Position numbers and translations under genes: made by a program | Notes under the pieces: model-generated | What the model was told of the DNA's origin: nothing | The model's database searches: none | What the model saw: only the letters and a program-made list of their open reading frames with translations | IMG/VR virus record: IMGVR_UViG_3300025070_000036 | Location: 1-58,245 of that record | Strand: one strand, 5' to 3' | Length of the DNA: 58,245 nt | Source: a virus | Lineage: Duplodnaviria; Caudoviricetes | Shown here: positions 35,390 through 45,711 of the stretch, one piece after another | How positions within the stretch are numbered: the stretch's first letter is position 1 | Layout: each line of letters opens with the position of its first letter

Positions 35390-38300
35390 ATTTGAACAGT
35401 TGAACGCCTTGATCATACTCTTCTAAACTACGGCGCATCATTGGAGTATACTCTATTCCACCTACCATTTTGCCTGAACGGATGTTAAATGCCCTACGAG
35501 ATTTCTTGATGGTGTCCGATAGTATGATGTTTTTGGCACGAGCGGCACCAGAGAGACCCTTATTATACTTCCTTATGGCCTTTAATGCAGATTTATAAGC
35601 TTCTCTATCATTATTTGCCGCGGCAATATTCGCTCGACGTAAGAGTTTAGTTCGTTTTTTGCTTAGATAACCACTCTTCCGGCGTTCGTTCTTGTTTATC
35701 TCATATTGTTTTATGAGGTCGGCGTTAGCAAACCCAGCAAACTGCCCTAGTACCTGTGCAATACCTATATCTTCAACAACAGCATTACCTCTACGCGTAG
35801 TAACTTCACCCGTGGCTAATTGTTTGCCGCCTTTTATTACGTTTCTAACTGCGGCAGGAGCCATAGCTTCTACACCTTTAAGTACATCACCTTCTCCAAT
35901 AAGATCAATACCACGTTCAGCACTTAAATAGATACCCACAACAGGGCCACCTAGCTGTTCTAATAAAGTCCAAAGTGTGGCTTGATCTTTATCTATAATT
36001 GGTGGGCGATATAGTAAACTATTTAGACCAATACGACTTGCAACGTCTACACCCAAAGCGGTATTTACAAGCCCTTTGTATATACCTTCGCCAACAGATT
36101 TACGCAACATAGCATCAAAATCATCTTCGTCATCATCTACAAACAAGTCATATATAGCCCCGATTGCACCCATCAATGGCATACCTGCAAGACCTGCAAA
36201 TAATCCAGTGGTTACAAAGAACCGCCCTAACTGCCCTTGAGCAATACGCCTGTTCTCTTTTGTTTGTGCATCACCACCTGCTTGAAAAGCGTCGTTCGTC
36301 ATAGTCGCCATCATGTGATATTTACTTATAGCAAAACGTTTGAACAACATTGCTACGTTACCTAAACCCGATTGAGCCATGACAGGACGACCTGCTGATG
36401 CTGTAGCACCAAGGGTAAACTCTGTTTCACTAACTGCCATTCTAGCCGCATCTTGTTTTTGTGTAAGACTAAGCGGTTTACCGGCATTGTTTGCACGTAG
36501 GCGATCTAATTCTAACATGTATGTAGATGTCATAGCAACTTCGCGGTTGTAACGTTCTGCATGGTGGAACAAGAAACTTGTCCAAGAATTTATTTTCTCT
36601 ACTGCATCTTTTGCGTTACCCATATCCAGTTCTTCTTGGTTTAAAGACTGGTTTATCTGTGCGCTGTCTTCAGCTATGTCCGCCAACACTTCTATGTCTT
36701 TTAGTTCTGATGGTAAGTTAGGGTCGGTATAATCATAGTTACCGATAGAGAAACCCGCTTTGCCAGTGTTAACTTTTTCTTTTGCCATTGTACCGTCTGG
36801 TTGCATAACTGCTACCATTTTAGTTTTAGGACTTCGTGCTAGTATAGATGTGGCTTTACCCATAGCTTTGAATGTAGCTTTATCGCCATATTTACCCATT
36901 AATCTAGGTGCTGTACTCATAAACACATCGAACGTAGTAATAGCCGCTGAAGATAGGTTCCAACCCATAGTCCATGCGTACCCACCTGCTGTTAAAGTCT
37001 GTGACCACCTTGGTACATTAGGGCGTTGTGCAAAGTTAACAATTTTAGATATGTTATCTTTATATAATTTTGTAATGTCATCCATAGTCTTGCCCTCAAC
37101 AGGGTCTAAAACATCACGTTTAAACGCTTCTAGTTTTGCACCAAATTCCATTTGTACAAGTTGGCGGTTATAGTCACGACCTTTACTTTCTACAGTATCT
37201 ATTAGGTCATAAGATGTTTCTGCTAAACCTGTTGGAGTTATATCCCCTAAGAAACCTCTAATGTTTTTACGGTTGCGAAGACCTTGCATGAAAGAACGTT
37301 CAGGCATACTGTCTAGTGCGAGGTCAACAATAAGTTGTTGGGTAGCTTTATCTATTCCTTGGCTTTCAAGGGTTTTTAACACATTGTAGATAAAAGAACC
37401 CGATGGTGCTTTACTGTAATCAAACACACTATCTTTAGTTCCCTCTACCCAAGGCATTTCTATCTGCGAACGAACTTTTTTGTTGTTAGGATTTTTTGCA
37501 ATCCACGCATCGTTATATTCTTTAAGGTTTTTCTTAGCTTTTTCTCTTGATCTTACAGTTCTAAAATACTCTACAAACATTTCTGGGTTACCCGTTACAG
37601 GGTCTACAGCAGTGTATTGTAACCTATAATTACCCGTACGAGTTAGTGGAGCAAAAGGTTTAATAACTCCACGTTCCATGTTTAGAAGTTCTGCTATCTT
37701 ATCCCTAGCTTTCTTTTGTAGCTGTGGGTCTTGAACAGTTGCATTAAGTCTAGCGTCTACCGAATCCATAATATCTTTTAGAGCAAATTCAAAAACGTTA
37801 GTAACAGTCTTATATAAGTCTTGTCCTTCTTTACCTAATGCTTTGTATTGCCTTCTTAGTTCCGCATGAACTGCCTTTGCATTTTTTATGTTATATGCTT
37901 CATCACCTTCTTTGTACCCATAAGCTTTGTTAAAGTCTGCTTCTCTCGGATCAATACGGTTGTATGTAGCAGTTGGAACCATTGATTGCAAAGTTAGAAA
38001 CTTTTTTGCTTCACGTTTTCTGTAATTGCGTAGTTTATTAACTACAGGGTCTAAGGAAGCATTGCGCCTACGCAAAGACGAACTCATATTATTTATTATA
38101 GTGTTAAGACCCGTTGCCCCGGGTATACTTGGTTCCGCTAATGCTCCTAAGATGTTAACAGGTTGTAATTTTAACCAGACATCTTTTGCTTTGTTAGGTG
38201 TTTTACTAACCATCCATGATTTACCTTCTTGTACATAATCATAGATTTCTTTTTTAGTGGTGGCCTTAGTCGCGTTAGGCGCACCAAGTTTATTTACTAA

Positions 38301-41300
38301 CTTAGCCGCCCCTGCAGGGGTTGAAGCTTCCATGTATATTTTAGTAGCTGCACGCCCATCGTATGTAGGTGCAATTATTTCTTGTACCAGTTTGTCAACT
38401 GCATCAAATGTAGAAGTCTCAGGTACTGTTGCAATACCCATCTTCGTACGCACAAAGTTAGCCAAGGCTCGAATCAACTGCATCCACGGGTTTCTGCCGT
38501 TAACAGTAGTTGTTTTTAGTTGATTTGAAAACTCAGGGTTAGCTTGATATTCTGCAACAAACTCATCTAAACTGGTTAGGCCGTACTCTCCAGCCAACTG
38601 CTCTTTAACACCTTCAAATATTTTAGTGAGCTTTTTAGTTAGTGGGTGTGACTTGTTAGCTATTGTAGCAGAAGTAACCGCGTGGAACATCTCGTGAAGT
38701 AGTGCGTGCGTGTTGATACCAGCTTCTGCGTCTAACGCTATCGTGTTAGTTTTTGGATCAAAATAACCTGCTAATTTTGTAGACCCATCGTCAGTCTTTA
38801 GGTTCTTCTTAATTACAAGCTTTGTGTTACCTACATTTTCTGCAAATGTTTTGGCTAGTTTAGATGTAGCGCGAGACCCTGCAGTGGCCTGCAACCCAAC
38901 CAACGCATCTTGTAGTTTACCTGCTAGTAGAGCTTTACGTACTTGTGGTCGTAGCGGTAAGTCTATGACTAGCTCTGCAGGTAGTTTAAACACTTTGTTT
39001 ATTGCGTTATCTCGTTCAGCTTCTGCCGCAACTTTTTCTGCTTTAAGGTTTCTACGTTGTTGTTCTTGCTGTTTGATACTAGCTTTTTGTCTGTTGTTTA
39101 TATTCGCATACGCAGTTATAGCCGAGTTTAACTCTGTCTCAATGTAACTTTTTAGGTTTTTAGACCCTTTACCATCTGGTAAAACTCTTACAGCACCTGC
39201 CTTAGTAACATCCACACCAAACCATTTTAGAACTTTAGCACCAGATATTTTACCCATAGAAGGTAAGTTGTTGCTAGGGTCAGCTAAGTAAAACTCACGT
39301 TGCATTACCTGTTGTGGTAGGTCTCCTGATAAGTCGTTACTATCAGCAGTACGTGTTTCTCCGCTAGCAACATCTTCTATAGCTTGTGTTAATGCGGAAT
39401 CAAACGTGGGGAACTGCCCAAAGTATCTTTGTATTGCATTTGTAACTGGCGTACCTTTGGTACGTGTCTTATCCATTTCGGAAAGTACAGCTTTCTTAGC
39501 GGCGTTATCAAACTCATCTATAGTAACTTCAGCATCTAAGTCCTTACCCATACGTTGTACATTAACAGACTTACGTGTGTATACAGCCGCCTGTTTTGCA
39601 TTGAGTTCTTTAGATTCAGACTTGCGTGCTGCAACTTTTTCTTTCTGCGATTCAGCACTCTCTGCTCTTTGTTTAGCAGTAGTCTGTTTAGGTTTATCTT
39701 TAACGTCTTTTGCTTTATCTTCAGGAGCAAGTGCCGTACCCTTTTTACCAAGTACAGGCATAACTTTTCGTACGTCCTTATCTTTTGGTTTATCTTTTGG
39801 TTTAGCTTCTGATTTTGGTTCACGTAGTTTTTCTTCTATGTACATCTCTATCCCTACTTCCATAGGGTCTAAGATACCTTTAGCTTTTTCTCCACCACGA
39901 ATATATTTTATCTCAACAGGTATACTTTCTCTACCACTACTAATTGCTTCGGCAAGTCTATTATTACCTTCAACAATAAATGGAGTACCATCTTCACGCA
40001 CTTCAACCAGTATAGCGCCTAGCTTCGAGTCGTACCCATCTTTTTCTATACTCTTACGTAGTCTATCTGCTTTCACACCTGTACCGCGTGTAGCCTCTTC
40101 GCCTAATGCGCCTTTTACGTTTGCCAGTATCTCAGGGTTTAAATTAACAGTACGGTTGCCATCAGCGTCTTCAAAGTATGCCGAAACTGTTGCAGGTCTT
40201 CCTATGTTACTTTCATAAGTATCTTTCTTTGCAGCCTTCCTACTCTTAGCTGCAGCTTTGTTCTTATCTGCAAGATATTGTTCGTTAGGTACTGATGTCT
40301 CTACAAGTTTAACTCCTGCGGCTTCTAATGCAGTTGGTTTTGCTCTCTTTGTTCCATCAGGCAGTCCAGAGACCACGCTAGTGCTTCCCAATCCGCCATC
40401 TGTAGGTGGTCCAGATTTTTTGGTATCTTTCTTGGCATCGGCATCTCCAGCAGGGTCAATGTTGTTGGCTCCGTCCACATCTTCGCTAGGAGGTCGAACG
40501 CCGTCTCTACCTGCGTCTGGCTTAGCTCCTTTAATCGGTTCATCAGCTTTTCCTCCTTCTTCTGCATTTAACCCTAAATCACTTGACTTTAAACGTGGAT
40601 ATTTTGTTTCTAAGTCTTTTCTTATGTCAAATTCTACAGTTGGTCTTATTTGGTACTGCGATTTTACTTTTGCTTTAGTTTTATCAATCGAGTCGTCTGT
40701 TTCTGGTAAAGCTTCATTTCTAAGAGCTTCCATACGAGCGTCTTCGTCTTCTTTAGCTTTAACTCTACCAGCTTCAGCTTCAACGTTTCGTTGTTCTCGT
40801 GTAAGTACATTACCTTCACTATCAGAAGTCAAACCTAGGCTTTCTGGCCCTTCTATTTGCAAACGATTTTTTAATTCTTCTTCTGCATCAAGTTCTGCTT
40901 TTGCACGTAAAGCTAAGTCGCTACCGCGCTTGCCCATCTCTTCGGATACAACACCCTCAAGTTCTGCAAAAGGTATCCCAGTTTCAGCAACAATGCTTTG
41001 CATTTTCTCAAGCGGTACAGCACCATCTGCATCTAAAGCTTCACCTATTGCAGCTCTAGCTTGTGGTACACGTTGGTCTTCTATCTGTAACGATCCTAAA
41101 CCCTGCCGTTGATCTTCAATACGTTTATCTCGCATATCTTCAATCGCTAGAGGCTGTCCATCTGGACCTGCTTTGCGGCTGTTTGTAAACGCATCAACAA
41201 AGAATTGGATAGTAGCACCTGCACCACCACCTAGCAACGCAGATTCACCTGTACCTTCTAATATAGCTCGCTCTGGATTATACCCACGCTCTGCTAAGTT

Positions 41301-42113
41301 TTGTACAATCTCTGCGGAAGCTTCTTGTGCGGCTTCTCCACCACCAGTTATAGCTGCGTTTTGTATCTTTTGCCCGATAGTTTCTACTGTTTCAGGGCCA
41401 AGGTCTTTGATAAACTTACCGATTACAGGAACATCTACAGAACGCATAAAGCGACCTAGTGGTGCAACTTCTAGTAAACCAAACGGTGCGGCTTGCCGTA
41501 TAGCACGATTACGCTGTTCTTGTGTTGCACCTCCAGCACGAGCGCGTTCACTGGCTTCACCTGCGGCTGTGCCTACACCTAACAACGCACCTGCACCAGT
41601 GGCAATACCTGTAGTAGCGGCGGCTCCGAGAGAAACAGGGGCAGCGGCAATACCTGCGGCAATACCCGCTATAGGAGCAGCAAACCCTGCGATAGAACCA
41701 AACACACTACCAATTTTATACCCAAGGTCGTCTTGGTCACCGCCACTTGGTTTTATGGCATCTGCCACACTTTGTATTTTCTTTCGGGCTGCAAGTTCGT
41801 TTTCTTCACCAAGTAATGTAGCTGCACCGAGAGCAGCCATTTCACCTGTACCTACAAATCCTGCCCCAAACCCAGAAGCAAGATCACCTAGTAATCCTGT
41901 TTCTTCTTCAGCTATAACAGGCTCTTCTATAGGTATAGCTTTAGTTTCCGCTAACCTACTTGCGATAGCTTCATCGCGACGTCTAGTTGGTTCAGGTGTT
42001 TGAAATCTTTGTTGCCTATTAGCTAGCAACAATAACTCATCCAAAGATGTATCTTTGGGAGCCTCTACTTGTACCTGCGAACCATCTTCTAGGTTAAGTG
42101 TATGTATTCCCAT
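35388..42113 (-). CDS. Large polyvalent ejected virion protein (ParB/Srx-like, zincin-like MPTase and PLxRFG-like domains)
   Basis: 2241 aa; PFIVEGNNRLAEA...SIPVEI; GYFDP...HALLHEMFHA...DEFVAE; FAPLTRTGNY; Gly/Ala hydrophobic N-terminal region. Confidence 0.75.
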   Translation of the reverse strand: MGIHTLNLEDGSQVQVEAPKDTSLDELLLLANRQQRFQTPEPTRRRDEAIASRLAETKAIPIEEPVIAEEETGLLGDLASGFGAGFVGTGEMAALGAATLLGEENELAARKKIQSVADAIKPSGGDQDDLGYKIGSVFGSIAGFAAPIAGIAAGIAAAPVSLGAAATTGIATGAGALLGVGTAAGEASERARAGGATQEQRNRAIRQAAPFGLLEVAPLGRFMRSVDVPVIGKFIKDLGPETVETIGQKIQNAAITGGGEAAQEASAEIVQNLAERGYNPERAILEGTGESALLGGGAGATIQFFVDAFTNSRKAGPDGQPLAIEDMRDKRIEDQRQGLGSLQIEDQRVPQARAAIGEALDADGAVPLEKMQSIVAETGIPFAELEGVVSEEMGKRGSDLALRAKAELDAEEELKNRLQIEGPESLGLTSDSEGNVLTREQRNVEAEAGRVKAKEDEDARMEALRNEALPETDDSIDKTKAKVKSQYQIRPTVEFDIRKDLETKYPRLKSSDLGLNAEEGGKADEPIKGAKPDAGRDGVRPPSEDVDGANNIDPAGDADAKKDTKKSGPPTDGGLGSTSVVSGLPDGTKRAKPTALEAAGVKLVETSVPNEQYLADKNKAAAKSRKAAKKDTYESNIGRPATVSAYFEDADGNRTVNLNPEILANVKGALGEEATRGTGVKADRLRKSIEKDGYDSKLGAILVEVREDGTPFIVEGNNRLAEAISSGRESIPVEIKYIRGGEKAKGILDPMEVGIEMYIEEKLREPKSEAKPKDKPKDKDVRKVMPVLGKKGTALAPEDKAKDVKDKPKQTTAKQRAESAESQKEKVAARKSESKELNAKQAAVYTRKSVNVQRMGKDLDAEVTIDEFDNAAKKAVLSEMDKTRTKGTPVTNAIQRYFGQFPTFDSALTQAIEDVASGETRTADSNDLSGDLPQQVMQREFYLADPSNNLPSMGKISGAKVLKWFGVDVTKAGAVRVLPDGKGSKNLKSYIETELNSAITAYANINNRQKASIKQQEQQRRNLKAEKVAAEAERDNAINKVFKLPAELVIDLPLRPQVRKALLAGKLQDALVGLQATAGSRATSKLAKTFAENVGNTKLVIKKNLKTDDGSTKLAGYFDPKTNTIALDAEAGINTHALLHEMFHAVTSATIANKSHPLTKKLTKIFEGVKEQLAGEYGLTSLDEFVAEYQANPEFSNQLKTTTVNGRNPWMQLIRALANFVRTKMGIATVPETSTFDAVDKLVQEIIAPTYDGRAATKIYMEASTPAGAAKLVNKLGAPNATKATTKKEIYDYVQEGKSWMVSKTPNKAKDVWLKLQPVNILGALAEPSIPGATGLNTIINNMSSSLRRRNASLDPVVNKLRNYRKREAKKFLTLQSMVPTATYNRIDPREADFNKAYGYKEGDEAYNIKNAKAVHAELRRQYKALGKEGQDLYKTVTNVFEFALKDIMDSVDARLNATVQDPQLQKKARDKIAELLNMERGVIKPFAPLTRTGNYRLQYTAVDPVTGNPEMFVEYFRTVRSREKAKKNLKEYNDAWIAKNPNNKKVRSQIEMPWVEGTKDSVFDYSKAPSGSFIYNVLKTLESQGIDKATQQLIVDLALDSMPERSFMQGLRNRKNIRGFLGDITPTGLAETSYDLIDTVESKGRDYNRQLVQMEFGAKLEAFKRDVLDPVEGKTMDDITKLYKDNISKIVNFAQRPNVPRWSQTLTAGGYAWTMGWNLSSAAITTFDVFMSTAPRLMGKYGDKATFKAMGKATSILARSPKTKMVAVMQPDGTMAKEKVNTGKAGFSIGNYDYTDPNLPSELKDIEVLADIAEDSAQINQSLNQEELDMGNAKDAVEKINSWTSFLFHHAERYNREVAMTSTYMLELDRLRANNAGKPLSLTQKQDAARMAVSETEFTLGATASAGRPVMAQSGLGNVAMLFKRFAISKYHMMATMTNDAFQAGGDAQTKENRRIAQGQLGRFFVTTGLFAGLAGMPLMGAIGAIYDLFVDDDEDDFDAMLRKSVGEGIYKGLVNTALGVDVASRIGLNSLLYRPPIIDKDQATLWTLLEQLGGPVVGIYLSAERGIDLIGEGDVLKGVEAMAPAAVRNVIKGGKQLATGEVTTRRGNAVVEDIGIAQVLGQFAGFANADLIKQYEINKNERRKSGYLSKKRTKLLRRANIAAANNDREAYKSALKAIRKYNKGLSGAARAKNIILSDTIKKSRRAFNIRSGKMVGGIEYTPMMRRSLEEYDQGVQLFK

Positions 42114-42117
42114 AAAT

Positions 42118-44100
42118 CTACTCGCTGTACGATGTGCTGGTTACCGAATCTTTTTCTATCGTTGGTTCTATACCGTATTGACTCAATACTTGAATTGCAA
42201 ACTGTTCTGCGTCTAACAAGCTAGTACCTGTGGGTTTGCCATCTTCGCCAACACCCCTACCAAACTTGTTCATCATATCTTCAGTCATGGAGAGAGCCAT
42301 CGCTGCAGCTTTATCAAATTTTTCTTGTAAGGCTGCTACCTGTTCAGGCTCTAACCCCATTAGTTCTGCGTTTTCAAGTTCTGTTTTTGCCACCTCTACA
42401 CCGGCTAACGCATTAGCTTCTTTGGCGATCTGTTCTCTAACCTGCAATGTACGGAATATAGTGTTGTTTGCAGCGGTAACTCTTGCGGCTTCTGTAGCAT
42501 TTTTGTCTTTTAGTGCTGCCAAATCTAATTTGTTTTGTTCTATAGCCAATGTAGCGGAACGGTATGCTTGAGTATTGTCGCCTTCTATCTTACGCAATAT
42601 ACGATCTGCATTTTTTTGTGCGTTGGTAAGGTCTTGACCCCTTAGTTGCACACCTGCCTGTAGCGCGGTACGTTGGTTTTGTTGCGCTTGAGAATATAGT
42701 TCACGACCTAAAGTAAGTCCAGATTGTGCCAACCCTGTATCGGTTGTCATCTTATCTTTCTCCATGTTGAACTTATCCATCAGGCGACTTCTTCGATCTC
42801 TACGCTGTGAATTAGCTAAGTTCATAGATGCAGCTCCTGCGGATGCAAAAGTAGTCCCTATGTTTGTTGTACCTGCAGCACCCATCAAGAATGACTTTAA
42901 TCTATCTCTACGTTCTCTGTCTGGGTCGTAGTTTTCTACATCGAACGCAGCCATCTCTGATACCATGTCGTCATACTTAGCGGCTTTTTCCGCACGTCCT
43001 GTATACGCATCTGATTCTGCAAAGCCACGTTGCATAGCAGCATTTGGGTCTTCGGCAGTGAAGCCCATGTTACCCATAAGAGTGTTCATATCTATGCCAC
43101 TACCTGTTGTCGGCGTACCTTCCCCAGCTACGGGTTCTTCTTTGGCAGGAGGAGTCTGATTAGCTTGAACACTATCTTGGCCTAACGTTTCTCCACCCAT
43201 AGGTTCTTTAACAGGGGGAACTAACGTTTGTATTCCTGCTGGAGCATCGAGAGAACCGTCATCTGGCCTCTGTGTAGTAGCGTTACTAGGAGGTAACATA
43301 GCATCAGATAGAGGAACACCTGTGTTTTGAAGTCCTCCGGGATTAGCTAGCCGTAAAGGATCAACACCCTTTTCTGCTTCCGGAGCAAGTGATTCTCCTA
43401 AAATATCTGCTATTTTTTGTTGTGTATCTTTACCTACAGAAAGACTACTTACAGAACCTTTTTCAACTTGGTTTATAAGCCTATCTGCAGTACCACCAAA
43501 TGCTCTTTGGAATGCAGCTTTCTCGTCAAGCGTAAGTTTTCTACCCTTTGAGAACAATCCTTTTTGTCCACTAACACCTTCACCTCCGGCAAAAGCAACT
43601 ATGCCTCCACCAGCCATACGAACGGGGCCACCACTGTTTGCGGCTTGAGCCATACGCGCCCCTGCTAAACCTTGAGCTTGTGGTGGTACGTTAGGACGTG
43701 GTTTACCCATCAACCCTGCTAACCCTGCACCGCCACCCATCTGCGGTTTACTTGCCCCCTGTGCCATACGGCTCATGTTCTTCTTTTGCATAGCTGCTTT
43801 TTGGTCGAGCGTACCTTTTGTACGTCCTGCTAACTCACTAAGAGAACCACCCATAGCGCTTTTTGTGAGTTCAAGTGCTTCTGCTTCACGTTGTTGTGCT
43901 ATAGTGTTAGGGTTTTGTTGTGCTTTAAGTTGCATATCTGCAGCGACTTGTTTCTTTTCAGACGTAAGTTTTTGTAACGCTAGTAAATCAAGCAGCTCTT
44001 TGTTCTGCCCGTAACGTTGTTGAAGTTTTTGTGGGTTGCCTCGGTAGGCATCCATGCGTTGTTCTACTTGTGCGTCTAAACCGCCGTCACCTAAAGCCAT
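42118..44100 (-). CDS. Internal virion / ejection protein
   Basis: Helical, Q/A-rich; RMAGGGIVAFAGG; synteny. Confidence 0.65.
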   Translation of the reverse strand: MALGDGGLDAQVEQRMDAYRGNPQKLQQRYGQNKELLDLLALQKLTSEKKQVAADMQLKAQQNPNTIAQQREAEALELTKSAMGGSLSELAGRTKGTLDQKAAMQKKNMSRMAQGASKPQMGGGAGLAGLMGKPRPNVPPQAQGLAGARMAQAANSGGPVRMAGGGIVAFAGGEGVSGQKGLFSKGRKLTLDEKAAFQRAFGGTADRLINQVEKGSVSSLSVGKDTQQKIADILGESLAPEAEKGVDPLRLANPGGLQNTGVPLSDAMLPPSNATTQRPDDGSLDAPAGIQTLVPPVKEPMGGETLGQDSVQANQTPPAKEEPVAGEGTPTTGSGIDMNTLMGNMGFTAEDPNAAMQRGFAESDAYTGRAEKAAKYDDMVSEMAAFDVENYDPDRERRDRLKSFLMGAAGTTNIGTTFASAGAASMNLANSQRRDRRSRLMDKFNMEKDKMTTDTGLAQSGLTLGRELYSQAQQNQRTALQAGVQLRGQDLTNAQKNADRILRKIEGDNTQAYRSATLAIEQNKLDLAALKDKNATEAARVTAANNTIFRTLQVREQIAKEANALAGVEVAKTELENAELMGLEPEQVAALQEKFDKAAAMALSMTEDMMNKFGRGVGEDGKPTGTSLLDAEQFAIQVLSQYGIEPTIEKDSVTSTSYSE

Positions 44101-44957
44101 TATTTTCCTCCTCCACCGCTAGTAGGGGATTTGCTTCCACCAAATAGAGTATCGTATAACTCCATCATACCGCCGGAAGTACCTAAGATGTTTGATAATT
44201 TGCTTGGCTGTGCGTAAGAGTAAGACTGTGCTTCGATAGGTAAGCCTTGTAGTAAAGATTGCATATACTGCACTTGTTTGTACGGGAAGTCACGTTCTTC
44301 TTCAAACTGTAAACGATCTGCTGTAATACCTTCAGATTCAATACCTCTTTGCGTTGCACCCATATTAGCTAGTGCAGCCAAACCTTCTGTACCATACAAA
44401 TTTACTTTGTCTTGCGCTGTCATTGCACGATCTTGTGCAGTGTTAAACTGTTGTAACCCTCTATCGTACGCATCTGCGTAGCCTTGTCCTGTAATAGCTG
44501 AAAGGTTTTGCCCTAGATTACGGTTAGCCTCTGCATTAAACAAGGCTTGTGCTGATCCTCCGTACGCACCTGCAAACTTATTAGCATTTTGCGCGGCTGT
44601 AATACCTGCTTGGCGTCTAGCCTCTTCTAGCTGTGGGTCTAACGATGCTTGCAGATATGGGTTCATATACTGTTGTGCTACATCCCCTGTAAACTGTTGT
44701 TGTTCATAGCCCCCTACACCCATTGTATCTGTAGGTAATGTTAAACTACCCAACCCTGCAAAAGCCTTATCTTGCAGTTCGGAAGTACCTGCAGTGAGCG
44801 GTCCCATGTATGCGTTGTAGCCTTCGTCTGCAAGAGCTGCACCTTTTCCAAGCATCTCAGTTACATATGGGCCTGCCCAACTAGATAAAGATGATTCTGT
44901 ACCTGTTGCTTTTCCCGCCATTGGGTCTACGGGTGCGGTTACGTCGCCTTCAGCCAT
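44100..44957 (-). CDS. DNA transfer / pilot-type ejection protein
   Basis: QQYMNPY...GAYGGS...GATQR...YKQVQY pattern. Confidence 0.7.
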   Translation of the reverse strand: MAEGDVTAPVDPMAGKATGTESSLSSWAGPYVTEMLGKGAALADEGYNAYMGPLTAGTSELQDKAFAGLGSLTLPTDTMGVGGYEQQQFTGDVAQQYMNPYLQASLDPQLEEARRQAGITAAQNANKFAGAYGGSAQALFNAEANRNLGQNLSAITGQGYADAYDRGLQQFNTAQDRAMTAQDKVNLYGTEGLAALANMGATQRGIESEGITADRLQFEEERDFPYKQVQYMQSLLQGLPIEAQSYSYAQPSKLSNILGTSGGMMELYDTLFGGSKSPTSGGGGK

Positions 44958-44967
44958 GTTCTACCTC

Positions 44968-45711
44968 CTACGCGGGTATAAATTTTTTGGGGTCTATCTC
45001 TTTACCCTGTTTTTCGTTACCTGTACGTGCTTTACGTACTCTATCCATCATGTCTTTTAATACTTTAGCACCTGCATCAGAGTTACCATTGCCAAGATGA
45101 CTTACAACGTCAGCAGGAATAACAAACTCACCATCACTCAATCGTGCTTCTTGCTGTCCATCTATACTTGCAGGTACTTCATCCGCCATACCATCGCTAG
45201 CACCATCTAAGTATTTACCCTTTTTTAGTTCTGCAATACCACCGGTAGCCATTTGTACTACTTCGTTTTCATAAGTAGGAACGGAAGGTATCCCTTCTGA
45301 TGTAGGAGGTTTAGCTTGCATGTTTGCTTGTGTGGCAATTCCCGCGGGTACTCTTGCCCCACCGGGTCTTCTACGCTCTTGTCGTGCAGGATTAGACGCA
45401 TTAAGTGCCGCTAAACCCTCTGCAGACATAGGCTCTGCTGGCGGGGTATCCGCCTTGGGTTTATATTGTGTTTGTGTAAAATACCGTTGTCCACCACTTC
45501 CGGGGCGTCTGTTAGGATCATATGTGCTAGATACTGTTTGCCTTTGCGCAGTGTACTCAGGTATACCACCTTGGTATCCAGTTTGAGGAATTTCCCCACT
45601 TGTAAAATCACCAAATAAACCACTGTTTAGTAGTAACGAACCGCCACCTACAAGAGCAGCTTCTCCTGCATCACTTTTAGCAAAGCCTAATAAATCATCC
45701 CAAAAGCTCAT
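44968..45711 (-). CDS. Internal virion protein
   Basis: MATGGIA...GMADEVPASIDG...RLSDGEFVIPADVV..LGNG..DAGA. Confidence 0.7.
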   Translation of the reverse strand: MSFWDDLLGFAKSDAGEAALVGGGSLLLNSGLFGDFTSGEIPQTGYQGGIPEYTAQRQTVSSTYDPNRRPGSGGQRYFTQTQYKPKADTPPAEPMSAEGLAALNASNPARQERRRPGGARVPAGIATQANMQAKPPTSEGIPSVPTYENEVVQMATGGIAELKKGKYLDGASDGMADEVPASIDGQQEARLSDGEFVIPADVVSHLGNGNSDAGAKVLKDMMDRVRKARTGNEKQGKEIDPKKFIPA

